Below, piece by piece: positions 51,320 through 63,775 of a stretch of 64,000 nt of DNA. The translations under genes and the position numbers were made by a program. Each line of letters begins with the position of its first letter. Within the stretch, counting starts at the first letter, position 1. Under the pieces are notes generated by a model. The model saw nothing but the letters and a program-made list of their open reading frames with translations, was not told the DNA's origin and searched no databases. This DNA is from the human T2T-CHM13v2.0 reference genome, Homo sapiens. The stretch lies in assembly GCF_009914755.1 (NCBI RefSeq), contig NC_060940.1; one strand, 5' to 3'.

Positions 51320-51541
51320 CAAGGTTGTCCAACATGTGGCCTCTAGGCCACATGTGGCCCAGGATGGCTTTGAATATGGCCCAACACAATTTCATAACCT
51401 TTCTTAAAACATTATGAGATTTTTTTGCAATTATTTTTAGCTCATCAACTATCATTAATGTCAGTGTATTTTATGTGTTGCCCAAGACAATTCTTCTTCT
51501 TCCAATGTGGCCCAGGAAAGCCAAAAGATTGGACACCCCTG
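51320..51541 (-). mobile_element. MER30 (hAT-Charlie)
   Basis: CAAGGTTGTCCAAC...GGCCCAGGATGGCTTTGAAT...AAAAGATTGGACACCCCTG; 8-bp TSD ATCTAAAG/AACTAAAG. Confidence 0.85.
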
Positions 51542-51549
51542 AACTAAAG

Positions 51550-51744
51550 CAAGATTTCTTTAGAGCAGCACTGTTGACATTTTAGAACAGATCATTCTTT
51601 GTTATGAAGACATGTCCCGTGCATTGGAGAATGTTTAGCTGCATCGCTGACTTTTTCTCCTCCTAGTTGTGACAACCAGAAATGTCTCCAGGCATTGCCA
51701 AAGGTCCCATAGGAGGCAAAATCATCTCTGGTTGAAAGCTGCTG
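51550..51744 (-). mobile_element. MER20
   Basis: GCACTGTTGACATTTT...GTTGTGACAACCAGAAATGTCTCCAGGCATTGCCAAA. Confidence 0.8.
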
Positions 51745-51889
51745 CTCTAAGTCCTACCCGAATTTGAAACTTCACCCTCAAAGCCACCTATTCCACTGAC
51801 CTGAGAGTGCACTCACTTTCCAGGGAGTATCCCCAGAACTGTGCCCACTCCTCCTCCATTGAAGCACTGAGTTTTTTCTACTTCAAATT

Positions 51890-52830
51890 ATGCAGATATA
51901 TATGTATGTGTGTCTGTGTATAAATACATATACGTATGTGCAAGTGTACATATGTATGTGTGTATATAAGTATGTATACATATATTTATGTGCATGTGTA
52001 TATATGTGTGTATGCAAGTGTGTATATATGTACATATGTGCGTATATATCTCTAAGTGTGTGTGTGTATATATACTTATGTGTATGTGTATATAGGTGTG
52101 TGTATATATCTAAGTATGTATTTATATATTTATATGCATGTGTATTTGTGTGTACAAATGTGTATATATGTGCATGTGTACATATGTTTGTACATATATA
52201 AGTATGTATATATATTTATGTGCATGTGTATATGTGTTTGTGTGTATATAAGTAAGCATATATATATTTTTGTGCATGTATATCTAAATATGTATATGTG
52301 AGTGTGTGCATATATGTGTGTACATATAAGTATTTATAATTTATGTGCATGTGTACATGTGTGTGTACAAATGTGTATATATGTGCATGTGTATATATGT
52401 GTTTATGTCTAAAGTATATATGTTTATATGTATGTGTATATATGTATATGTGTATATATAAATATGTATAATTACATGTATGTGTATATACGTATGTGTG
52501 TTTATATATCTAAGTATGTATATTTGCATTGTATATATGTATATGCGCATATATATGTGTATATATTTACATGTATGTGTATATATGTTTGGGGGCATGT
52601 ATCTAAGTATGTATATATGTGCATGTGAATGTATGTATATGTGTGTATATAAGTATGTATATATTTACATGTATGTGTATATATGTATGCGTGTATATCT
52701 AAGTATGTATATTTCTATTACATGCATGTGTTTGTATCATGTATGTGTATATTTATCTAAAGATGTATATCTTTATGTACATGTGTATATATGTGTGTAT
52801 GTGTGTGTGTGCATGTGTGTGTGTGTATAT
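51890..52830. repeat. ~940-bp degenerate (TA/TG)n purine-pyrimidine tract
   Basis: Directly visible; recurring TAAGTATGTA anchor. Confidence 0.95.
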
Positions 52831-53709
52831 CCCTTACCAGAATGTAATCTCTTTGGGGGCATGCTTTTTAATCGCATATCCCTCAAGGACTTACATATAG
52901 TAGAAGCTCAACAAACATTTATCAAGTGACTGGGGGCAGTGAACCAAACAGCTTGCTGTGCCTCCCTCCCAGTAGGAAAACAAGTTTCAAACCTGCCTTG
53001 TGACGGCTGCCGTACCAGTCACATAGAAGTACAGCCTGTTGCTCAGATGCAATAGAAACTTAATATTTTACCTGAAACCCTGATTTATGTGTAACCACTC
53101 TTCTCCTTGTGAAAAGAGAGCTTGTTTTAGCAAATGGGTCCAGATTTAGTCCATTAGCTTAAGATAAGTGAAAAACTCTAGGGTTTGGTGAAATCATGCA
53201 ATAAAATATCATTAAGCACTACAGCTTGTCAAGGCAGACGGCAGGTTTGAGTTGAAAGTCAGGAGACCGTCTGAAGTCTGAAGTGAAGCAAAATGCACAA
53301 TGGATGAGATGGGGGCAGCTGGCTTTCATTTGGGGAGGTCGTCAGAGGACTCTCGAGGCTGTGATGTAAATGAACAACAGAGGCCCTGACAATTTAACTG
53401 TCATCGGTGCAAATGCTGGGACTGGCACGGCCACAAGCTCTGGCCTTCACTCCATCTGGGCAGCTCCTGGCCTGCATTATAGGATGGGACCCCAGGGCTG
53501 GAAGATGAAAGAGCTGAGTCCGGCTTCTGGAAGCCCAAAAGATCCTGCTGGTGTGCCCGGCTGAGGACTCATGGGCAGCTGGTATCCAAGCGACAAGGGC
53601 CACTACCACTTCTGGTGGTCCCTGGGTGTAAGATCCAAATCCCCACATAGGCTGAATGAACTCCATTCCCTGCTGCATCCGGCTTTGGGAACCATGGGCA
53701 GCCACTGAA

Positions 53710-54130
53710 CTCTCCCTCTTCTCCTTCCTCTCTCCGTCTCTGTTTATCTCTCCATCTCTCCTACCCTATCTCTCTGTGCTCCTATTTCACTCACTATATG
53801 TGTGTCTCTCTCTCCCTCTGTATGGCTGTCTCTGCATTTGTGTGTGTCTGTCCGTCTCTGCATTTGTGTGTGTCTGTCCATATATGTGTCTGTCTCTGTC
53901 ACACCTTCTCTGTGTCTTTGTCTCTCTGTGTGTTCCTCTTTTTCTGTCTCTCTTCAACTTTAGCTCTTTCTTCTCTGTCTTCTCACTCCTTGTCTCTTCC
54001 TCTTCCCTATTTTCCTTTCTTTGTCTCTGTTTCCTATCTGCTTCTCTGTCTGCCTTCCTTAGTCTCATACTTCTGCATGCTCTCTCTCTCTTTCTCTCCT
54101 CTGTCTCTGTCTCATCTCTGTCTCTCTCTT
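53710..54130. repeat. CT/TG-rich low-complexity tract
   Basis: Directly visible. Confidence 0.9.
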
Positions 54131-54814
54131 GCTCTAAGAGAATCAACCTAAAATAGACTGTTTTCCTGGAACCTCCCCAGCCTGTTCCTGGAGATGCCAG
54201 CAGCACAGTGGAATTACAATCCAAGCTATGGCTTCATTCCACCTCACTCCTTCACCCTGGGTGTCTTCTCTCTTTACCAGCTGACCATGTGCAGGCAGCA
54301 GTTTTAATGCCTTTTTGCTAGAGTCTAGGGTCAAACACGCTCTTGTGTCCTCACTCCTCGCCCTTCACTCCTGGCAGAAAGTGCCAATCTCTCTTTCCCA
54401 ATGAGGCCCGCAGAGCTTCTTCTGAACAAGCTGCTCCAGACATCTCCAACCAAGCAACCAGAGCAAATGCAGGAGACAGATGGATGTGCCATCCCAGACC
54501 TAGAGAGTAAGGGGCTCAAACTCCTTCAGAAGTAGCCCAGCCATGGCCATTGTGGAAAATAACAGTGGCATTCATTGTCGGTGCTTGATATGGTGCTTCG
54601 TTTTCTATATAAGGTGCTTCATGTAGTCGTTATAATCCATTATTTCCCCCATTCTCCAAATTGAAGAGGCTCAGAGAGAGAGAAAAAAAAAACTTTCCCA
54701 AAGTTGTTTCCTAAAGAGCAAGTCAACTAGTTGGGGTGCAACCCCACAGCTATCTGACTCTGCACACCAAATGAAGCAGTTCTTCCTCTCATTTTGGAAA
54801 AAGACTCTATTTTC

Positions 54815-55010
54815 TTCTATTTATTGAGTGCATACCCCATTTGAGTCCCTGTGCTTAGCACCTTATATGCATCATTTTGTTTCATATGTGTAATTCCATA
54901 AGGTAGCTACTATGCCTATCATCTCCCATTGAATAGATGCAAAAACTAAAGACCAGAGAGTTTAATTCATCTGCCCGAGGTCACACAGCCAGTTAAGCAG
55001 TAGAGCTAAG
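54815..55010 (-). mobile_element. MIR
   Basis: ATTTATTGAGTGC...TGCCCGAGGTCACACAGCCAGT. Confidence 0.7.
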
Positions 55011-55629
55011 GTGATGGGCTGCAAACAAATTAATAGATTCCAACTGGCATACCTAAATTTATATTTCCGCCTCCGCCAAGGTCCCTACCACTGCAAGTAA
55101 TCCTGAAAATTCGTCATGAAGCTTTCAAAACAATTTATGCAAACAAACCTCAAGTGGGGCTATTTGTATTGGCAGCCCATTTCATTTAACCACCCACAAC
55201 AAGGAACAGATGGCCAGAGAACTGGAATCTACAGCAAAGAAAACAGGAGGGGCAAGGGCATCCAAAGCTGCCTTCCTTCCCCGATGCCCGCCCAACTGCG
55301 TGACGATTACAGGCTTGTTCTTGTTTATGTCTTTGATTCTGTTGTTATTTTATGTACTTGTGAAACCGACCCAGCATTTCATGAGACAAGTTTGTTCAAA
55401 GACCATTTGCCAACCATCTTTGGTTACCAGGAGCCTGGCTTTCGACACCAGACTTGGAGGCCTTTCCTCACTGAGCCTTCTGGCAAGGGGGCACGGGAGG
55501 AAGGAGAAACAGCCTGAAGATGTTGGATTAGGGATTGCCGAACAGTTCGAGACACACGTGGAGGGAGTCATATTTACCTGCCTGTTTTCCCACCTTTGTT
55601 TCAACTGGGTATCTCCCACTCTGCGAGGG

Positions 55630-55800
55630 GACAAGTCCTGAACTGGAAGGTAAATCCTGGGTTCAAATCTGCCCTCCAGCTGTGTTGACATTAGACACAT
55701 TGTCTAACTTTTCTGAGGCCCCAGTGAGCTCATGGGTGAGGCTACCCTTGCCTCCTTGGCAGGGCTATTGTGATACTTAAATGACATATGAATGATGCAT
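55630..55800 (+). mobile_element. MIR
   Basis: CCTGGGTTCAAATC...GCTGTGT...AGGGCTATTGTGA..TTAAATGA. Confidence 0.55.
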
Positions 55801-56049
55801 ATATCTGGGTGACTTGTCAATGATATAATGCTATTCAACTCCAATTGTATTAACGTATGATATTTATGTGGCTGGCTCCGTCACAGGCCATTTCATCAAC
55901 CAATAAATATTATTGAGCATGTATTACTTTTAAGGTACTGTGATGGGTCTGGAAAAGTTCAAAGAGAAATAAGTCATGGTCACTGTCCTGGAGGGAGTTC
56001 CTAGACCAGTGGCAAAAGGTATTTTTTTAAAGATTACTGATCTTATAGT

Positions 56050-56540
56050 GTGTCATTAATACTCTTTCTGCTGAGAGGTGGGGTCTGTTTCTCCTTCTTG
56101 AATACTAGACTTAAAGTAGAAGTGGTAATATGTGACATCCAAGACTAAGTCATAATAGACAGTAGAGCTTCTACCTAGTTCTCTTAGGGCATTTGCCTTT
56201 GGAGCCCTGAGATGCCATAGTAAGACTTCTGTGGCTGCCATAATGGGAGGAAGCCCAGTCCACATGAAGAGGCCATCTGAACATTTTCCTGTCAGTAGTC
56301 GGTGTCAAATGCCAGACACAGGAGTAAAGACATCTCCAGATGATTCCTGTCCCAGCCATCAAGTCACCACCATCCTCGGGTTCTTCCCAGAAAGACCCCA
56401 GACATTGTGGCACAGAGACCAGCAATCTCAGCAATCCCTTTTCCCAATTACTGACCCACAAACTCCATAAATGTAATAAAATGATTTCTTGAAGTGCTAA
56501 TTTTGGGGGTAGGTTGTGTGCAGAAATAGATAACTAGAAA
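56050..56540 (+). mobile_element. MaLR LTR (MLT1G-like) within L2
   Basis: GAGAGGTGGGGTCT...CTCCAGATGATTCC...CCCAGACATTGTGG...AATAGATAACTAGAA. Confidence 0.7.
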
Positions 56541-57724
56541 AAAAAGCAAAAGGAGATGTATACACATGAAAAGCTCATTTAAAATACATATTACTATATA
56601 TCACAGATAGTAATCAAATAGGAGATGAGAGGAGGGGAATGTTTGGGCTGGAGGTCAGGAAATACTGTTTGAGGCAGGAAGGAAAAAGTTGAGCTTTAAT
56701 TATATGGGTATTATTTGGATTGGGGAGCTCAAGGTGCAGGAGTAAAGTTATTAATAAAAGAACCCATAACTCAATATGTCTGTAATGATTATAGTAATAA
56801 CAATTACAGTAATAGCTAATGATGTAGGGTGGTGATTTTAAATGCTTACCAATTATTATTTTTCCTTGGTATTTCCTGTTACCCCATGACCCCTTCTTAG
56901 CTTTTAGGCAGCTGCACCATGTGGCATCCATTCCCTCTAGAAAAAGATGTGAAAACAAAACTGGTGAAAAGTATTGGTGAGCCAGGAACGCAGGCCTCAA
57001 AATCTCCTTGGAAAGGAGCTTATGAGCTGCCGCCCTATTTACTGTCCCTGAGGTTAGATAAATAGCCCCTGGTGGTGAAGGATAATCTGAAGAAATAAAG
57101 AGCATTTAGATACCCTGGGGTGTGAGTGAAGGACATTGAAGCTTGACTCACCTATCCCACTTCCAAGCAGATATGTTTAAGGAATTCCAAAGCTGAAGAT
57201 GCCAGGGTCTCTGTTCCCACAGAAGGAGCAAGACCCCCCACCCAGTATAGCGGAAGAGTAGAAGAAAGAGGGGTAGGTCTGACCAGAGGATACACACAGC
57301 CTCACAGGGTCTCGTGTGGTGGCCGAAGACAATGGCTCCCTCTACTTCTATGGGGAGGGTTTCCAACAGCGAAGAGACAAGAGGCAGATGCAGTCTTCTC
57401 AGACCTTCTGAGCAGCCCAGCTGCAGCCCAGGGAGCTGACAAATAGAGGAGGCCTTGCTTAGGAAGGAAGGTCACAGTAGTGACCAGTGTAGACAGGTGA
57501 CCAGAGGCCAGATGAGAACGAGAATGACTTACCAGATGCCAGCAAGCTTACTGATGGCCACCCTTGTCCCCCTAGCACCCTGTTGGCACAAAGCCTATCC
57601 CCAGGGAAAGTGGACAACACTAAATTGGCTGGTTTCTAACTCTTGCCTTAAAATAAAGATTGAGCTGTTTAACAAAGCAATGACATTTATGCTCAATGAA
57701 CTTTGTAAAATACATTTCACTCTG

Positions 57725-57965
57725 GCTGCATCAACATTTATTGAATATTTACTAAACTGGAAGCACTTTGCTAGGCCCTTTGTGTTTTCTAATTCACCCC
57801 TTACAACAATCTTATGAAGTGGGTCCTGTCCCCATTTTTTGGAAAGGGGAAATGAGGCCCAGAGATGTTAAGTAGTTTGTCCCAGATCACTCAGCCTCTA
57901 AGTGGCATAGCAGAAATTCAAACTCGAGACTGTCTGGCTTCAGAGATTCTGCTCTCATCACCAGC
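57725..57965 (-). mobile_element. MIR
   Basis: AACATTTATTGA...TGAGGCCCAGAGATGTTAAGTA...TGTCTGGCTTCAGAG. Confidence 0.7.
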
Positions 57966-58064
57966 TCCAGAACGCCTCCTCTGGATGTCTGTTGTCCACT
58001 TGGAGGCCTAGTTCTATTCAAGCTCCTAAATCAATGTTGTAACTTCTGTTCTAAAATAATCACA

Positions 58065-58459
58065 TGTACCAGGCAGGATAGAGCAGGGAATGCTGCAGTA
58101 GCAAATGGCTGAAAATTTCAGTGCCTTAACACAACAAAGACATGGTTTTTGCACACACTGCATATCCACTGCAGGTCCGCTGGAGGGTTATGTCCCTCAA
58201 GTTCCTCATTCAGGGATTTGCACAGCTGGAGCTTCTGGAGCATTACAAACTGTGTGGCAGGGGAAAGAAGCAAAGACTAAATTGCACATTGGCTCTTAAA
58301 GTTTCTGCCCAGAAGTGACATGTGTCACTTCTGCTCACACCCCATTGGCTGAAGCAAGTCAATGGCTACACTGGCAGGGGGTGAGGAGATGTAGCTCTAC
58401 CATGCGCTCAGATGGAGGAGAATTTGACTATAGTAGTGATGTTGCTAATGACCAACACA
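58065..58459 (-). mobile_element. MaLR LTR (MLT1J-like)
   Basis: TGCTGCAGTAGCAAA...TTAACACAACAAAG...GGCTCTTAAAGTTTCTGCCCAGAAGTGAC...CCATTGGC. Confidence 0.7.
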
Positions 58460-59279
58460 TCTGAAAACTCCATTTATCATAAGATTTTGTTTAACAACGG
58501 GGAGGATGCAGGACATGGCCTCTGAAGAATCTCAGCCCTCAGCAGTTCAACCAATCAACAAGACCACGATTATTGTGACCTATTGTAAACCTTCTTTATG
58601 GTGACTTCTCACAAAGTGTCAGAGCTACTGGGGCAAGTGGGTTATTTAAATGAAGCTGCAGGTGATATTGAAAAGAATTTGCAGTCTTGAGAGGAAAAGA
58701 GATTGCAAAGGATTAGCATCTCCTTCCTCCTTCAGGATCACCCTCCACATATTGCAAAGCCATCTCTCCCTGGAATGGACCCCAGACTCCTCCTCAGCTG
58801 TCTCAAAAGCAGATCCATTTCAATGCCACATACTCTTTCAGAGTGGGAAGCACATTTCCTGCTGATGTCCCAAATGTGCCACTTATCTCTCTGATCTCAT
58901 CTATGCTCAGATACTATGAGCCAAGGATTGCTACTGTAGCATGGTTGAGGTGAGTAGCATTTCCCTGGTGGTGGCTTCACACATTCCTATTGCCCTTCCC
59001 AGCCACAAACAGGACCAGCATGTCAGCAAGGCAGGGGCTGAGTGAAGAAGTGAGACCTTAGTTCTGAGATTACAACTTCTCCTGGGGATTTTGGTTGCAT
59101 CTTTAACACCAAATGGCAATTAATTCTCTGAAAAGGTCTCAGATGTTAATCCCCTAGGAAATGTTAATTAACTCTTATTAGGATTATACTAGTTCTGAAA
59201 CTTGGGAGAAAACAACAGACACATCTAAGGAATGATGAATTGTGAATGTGTCATCTTTCATACAAAGGGCTCACTATCC

Positions 59280-59760
59280 TTTCATTCCTCCAGCCACCCA
59301 TCCATCCATACACCTATCTACCTATCCATTCTTCCATCCATCCATCCACCCATCTACGTATATATCTATCAACCATCCATCCATCCTCCACCTACCTATC
59401 CACCTATCTGTCCATTCATCCATCTATCCATTCATTCAACCAGCCACCTATCCATCCAACCACGTATCTATCCACCCATCCATCCAGCCACCTATCCATC
59501 CACCTATCCATGTATCCATCCATCCATTTACTTATTTATTCATCTATCCATTCATCCATCCATCTACCCATCTATCTATTTATCCATCTACCTGTCCACC
59601 CATCTGTCCATCTATCCATCCATTTATTCATCCATCTAACCATTTACCTATTCATTTATTCATCCAACCATCCATCTATCCATGCATTCATTCACCCATC
59701 TACACATTTTACTTATCTATTCATTCATTCATCCATTTATCCATCCACCCACCCATTTAT
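59280..59760. repeat. Degenerate (TCCA/TCTA/TTCA)n tract
   Basis: Directly visible; runs into an L2 3' end. Confidence 0.95.
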
Positions 59761-59935
59761 TCAACAATAAGCAAATGTAGACATGGTTTCTGCCTCATGG
59801 AAGTTACATTCTAATGGAGATTGGGGGAAGGATGGACATTTATCATATAATCACACAAATATGCAATTACAAACTGTTATAAATAAGGTGCATGAAGATA
59901 TGAGAGCAATAAAAAAAGAGACCTGGTTTAGTTTG
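59755..59935 (-). mobile_element. L2 3' end
   Basis: ATTCAACAA...AGACATGGTTTCTGCCTCATGGAAGTTACATTCTA. Confidence 0.6.
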
Positions 59936-59959
59936 AAAGACATGACTAATGTTCACTCA

Positions 59960-60293
59960 CAACCAATTCTCTTCTGCTGCCTGGTCCTTCAGGAAACTAA
60001 CTTCCCAGCCCTTTGGGGTCATGTGAGAATAAAATGTGAGCATACATGAACCATTGAAACACCTCTCCATGATTCTCCAGCCTCTCATTCCCCTTTGAGG
60101 CAAATGTGTTGAGAAGGTACAGCCACAAGGTGGAAATAACTTGGAGTTACCACGTGGAGGAACAGAGCCCAGGAGAATTGCCTGGACCACAAGCAACTCA
60201 GCATGATTGAAGTATAAACTTTAGCTGTGATGAATCATTGAGATTTTGAGGTTGTTTGTTACTGCAGCATAACCTATTTTAGCCTGACTAACA
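59960..60293 (+). mobile_element. MaLR LTR (MLT1I/J-like)
   Basis: Ends GAGATTTTGAGGTTGTTTGTTACTGCAGCATAACCT...CCTGACTAACA. Confidence 0.6.
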
Positions 60294-60631
60294 TCCCCAG
60301 GGTGGGGCAGGGCAGAGGGTTAATAAAACTTCCTAAGGGGATGGTAATTCCATTGAAATCTGCAGGATGAATAGGCACTAACTCTAAAAAGGAAGATAGG
60401 TCTGCTGCATGAAGTCACCGATGGCCTCCTGTGACCAAGGCCAGGTCTCTGCACTGGATGATGCCAGATGAATGCATACTCCTACAGAGGAGCCCTGCAG
60501 TCCTTGTCCCAAAGTCTGACAGAATAAGCCCATATATGCAGGGGTATTGGAACAAGGAAGCACTCATTCCCCAGTGAGACCCAATCTAATCACCAGAATG
60601 ACATTAAAAACTGAAGCTTTCACTTAAAGAA

Positions 60632-60890
60632 AGAGGCAGCATGACTGTAGTGGTTCAGAGCCTCGATTCTAGAACCACAATGTTTGGCTTCAAATCTTGA
60701 TCCACCACTGACTAGCTGCATGACCGTGGGCAAGCTCCTTAACCTCTCTGCCCTCCGTTTCCTCATCTGTGAGATGGGGGTAATAATTGTACCTACCATC
60801 TTGGGTTTCTCTGAGGATTACTTTAGTTAGTGTTTGGAAAGGAATTACAATCCTGCCTTGTACACAGTCAGTGCTAGGCAAGAATGTGAT
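60632..60890 (+). mobile_element. MIR, near full length
   Basis: AGAGGCAGCAT...GTAGTGGTT...TGGGCAAG...CTTAACCTCTCTG...GTTTCCTCATCTGT. Confidence 0.85.
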
Positions 60891-61561
60891 AGATAAATAA
60901 ATAAAAAAGAAGAAAGAAGAGATGGACAAGGCAGCCTTCAGTTCTAATGGCCCTTTCTCCAGTCTAGGGGTGAACACTGTGCCAGAGAGTGAGCCAGGCC
61001 TGCATGGATGCCCTGTGGCTCAGCCGGTGCCCCATAGCCTGGAGAGGCCCTGAGTCAGCCTCCATCTAGATTAGTGTTCCCTTCTCTTGAAATGGATTAA
61101 AGAGGCAGGAGGGAAGAAGAACATCTCCCACTTATAAGCAAAATATCTTTAGCATAGAGTAACATATTAAAATGGGCCTTAAAGTTCAAATAATAGAACT
61201 TCCCCTTTTAAAGTTTTAATTCTCTCTAAAATATTCCTATGAGGCAGTCACAGTTCCTTTGGTTACACACATCCAATGTCAGGGAATTCACTACTTTATG
61301 AGTGAGACAGCCCATCCTTCACTTGAGCAAAAGTTTTGTCAAGTAGTTTCTATTCATGGGTTTAACTCCCAATCAAGACCACATAGATTGAATGTGTTCT
61401 CTCATCTGCACTATATTAACAATCATAAAGGTAGCCAGGGTCAGAGGTGGTAGGATAGGCCCTGATAAGAAACCTAGATGCTAGCCTCGTATAATGGGAA
61501 GTGCAGGGATATAGAAAGAAAACAATAACCTCTCAGCTTTTTTATTTTAAAAAGATCTCTT

Positions 61562-62153
61562 TGGAAGTAACCAAGATGCTCTTCCATAAGTTAATGGATA
61601 AATAAACTATGGCACATTCCGACAATATAATATTATTCAGCATTAAAAAGAAATGGGCTATTAAGCCATGAAAAGACAGCATGGAAACTTAAATGCATAG
61701 AAGTGAAAGAAGCCCATCAGAAAAGGCTATGTACTATATGATTACAACTATGCGACATTCCAGAGAAGGCAAAACCATGGAGATGGTAAGAAGATCATGG
61801 TCATCGAGGGCTAGGAGGGGGGAAGAGATGAATAGGCAGAGCAAAGAGGACTTTTAGGGGAGTAAAACTACCGTGTGTCATGCTATAATGGTGGATACAT
61901 GTCATACACATTGGTCCAATCCCTAGAATGTACAACACCAAGAATGAACCCGACCGTAAACTGTGGACTTTGGGTGATCACCACGTGTCAGTGTAGGTTC
62001 ATCAACTGTGACAAATCCCTCTAGTGGGGGATGTGGATAATGGGGGAGCCTGTGCATGTGTGGGGGCAGGGGCATATAGATATTCTCTGTACCTTCCTCT
62101 CAGTTTTGCTATGAACCTAAAACAGTTCTAAAAAAATGAAGTCTTAAAAGAGA
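61562..62153 (+). mobile_element. L1MC (L1MC1-like) 3' end
   Basis: 3' UTR motifs; TSD AAAAAGATCTCTT on both sides, with TT|AAAA endonuclease site. Confidence 0.85.
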
Positions 62154-62648
62154 AAAAAGATCTCTTTTGGCAGCTGTGTGGGGGATAGGCTGCAGGGGAG
62201 CGAGGGTGACAGCAGGGGGCCCAGGTGCCCTATCACTGTTCATTAATTAATATTGAACACTGAGGAGAGACTTGCCTGCAGCAATGGCCAGTGATAAAAA
62301 GACACTTCTTGGTGGGGCTCCCTGAGCCCTGGGCTTGCTTCTCTCCAAGCTCTAATCACACTGTGCTATAATTATCTGCTTACTAGTCTGTATCCCCTCA
62401 GAACAGAGTTCCCTGGATGTAATGCCTCAGTCTTACTCAACACCATAGCTTCCCCCTCACCCCTGTGCCCAGAATAGTGTCTGGCAGAACTTCACAAATG
62501 CCAGTGGTTCCCTGGTTGTTGGTGCAACCAACGTCAGGACCATAAGAGCAGGCTGTGATTACAGCTGGAAGGATGTAAGTTAGATGACACGCAGCCTTTC
62601 CAACGTCATGGAATATGTTGACGGCTCAAATACAATGTGCCTGAAGAT

Positions 62649-62780
62649 TAGAGGTGACAACACAACTTGTCACCTGAATTGGTATACTTTTTTTAGGGAC
62701 AAAGTCCAAACCAAATGGGACACCAAGGCAAGAGGTGCACACTGGGACTGTCTTGGGCAAGCCAGGATGGTGATGACCCC
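62649..62780. mobile_element. MER94-like hAT-Blackjack MITE
   Basis: AGAGGTGACAA...GGGACA...CTGGGACTGTCTTGGGCAAGCCAGGA...GACCCC. Confidence 0.45.
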
Positions 62781-63064
62781 TCCGAAGACTCACCATTGTT
62801 TTCCCCTCTTTAAACCAGTTTTCTGGTTTGAAATATTAATAATTATGTTAATGGCACCACCAAGCTTCCACTGCTGACCCTTTGATTCCACACTCAGGCT
62901 CAAAATTTGCATCTTTTCTTACTGCCTCCACCAATCACTTGGCAGGGTCTGTGCACCTTGCCAGGCTGATATCCCTCCTTCCTATTTCAGTGCTACTCTC
63001 ATTGGGTCCTCTACTGCCTTCCTCTTAAACAACCACAGCCACAACTAACAGTGTGATTCACAGA

Positions 63065-63465
63065 TGTGATGTTAATCTTATGTGTCAACCTGACTGGGTC
63101 ACAGAGTGCCTAGATATTTGGTCCAATGTTATTCTGGGTGTGTCTGCAAGGGTGTTTCTGGGTGAGATCAACCTTTGAGTCTGTAGACTGAGTCAAGACG
63201 ATTGTTCTTGCTAATGTGGGTAGTCCTTATGCATCAGCTGAAGACCTGAACAGAACAAAAAACTGACTATTGCAAGTAAGAGGAAACTCCGCCTGCCTGA
63301 GTGCCTTTGAGGGGGATATTGGTTTGTTTCTGGCCCTTAGATTTGAACAGAAATGGCTCTTCCTGGGTCACAGGCATGCTGGTCTTTGAACTGGAACTCC
63401 AGCACTGGCTCTCCTGGGCCCTCAGCTTGCCGACTGCTCTTGGTTCTGTTTCTCTGACTAATACA
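63065..63465 (+). mobile_element. MLT2 (ERVL) solo LTR
   Basis: TGTGATGTTAATCTTATGTGTCAACCTGACTGG start; TGGTTCTGTTTCTCTGACTAATACA end; near-TSD ACAGA/ACAGC. Confidence 0.85.
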
Positions 63466-63622
63466 ACAGCTACATCCCAGTACCTAGCACAATACTTGGC
63501 ACTACGCATTTGATTCATACATGCTTAATGTGGGACCAGATTTAGATGTTTCTGAATCCCTGAGCCTTCAAAATATAATGAATTCCTCAACTGTCTATAT
63601 ATAATTCAAAATAAAAACAATA

Positions 63623-63775
63623 TGGCAAGTGCCTGTAGCCCAAGCTACTCAGGAAGCTGACGCAGGAGGATCACTTGAGCCGAGGAGCTCAAGGTTGCAG
63701 CAAGCTATAATCGCACCACTGCACTCTAGCCGGGTGACAGAGCGAGACTATGTCTCAAAATAAATAAATAAATAC
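63623..63775 (+). mobile_element. Alu right arm (AluJ/FRAM-like)
   Basis: GCCTGTAG...GCTACTCAGGA...GCACCACTGCACTC...(AAAT)n tail. Confidence 0.85.

Larger units (their letters stand above)
50810..52930 (+). mobile_element. L2 fragments hosting MER30, MER20 and a TG/TA tract
   Basis: CCCCTGCTCCAAAGCTTTCAATAG...CTTTGCTCATGC; 3' end TAGTAGAAGCTCAACAAACATTT. Confidence 0.55.

Noticed and set aside
51890-52929. Tyr/Val/Cys/Met-rich ORFs and a CRISPR-like look from recurring anchors
   Set aside because: Low-complexity TG/TA tract; no constant repeat with unique spacers, and no cas genes in this eukaryotic DNA.
52987-53250. 11-bp inverted repeat TCAAACCTGCC/GGCAGGTTTGA as MITE termini
   Set aside because: No TSD, and an 11-bp inverted match at this distance is expected by chance in 64 kb.
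58310-58333. Hairpin CAGAAGTGACA-TG-TGTCACTTCTG as a miRNA-like stem
   Set aside because: Short, and lies in a part of MLT1J that is already near-palindromic in the family.
59232-59814. Long His/Pro/Ser/Ile-rich ORFs in three frames
   Set aside because: Translation of the (TCCA)n repeat, which lacks stop codons.
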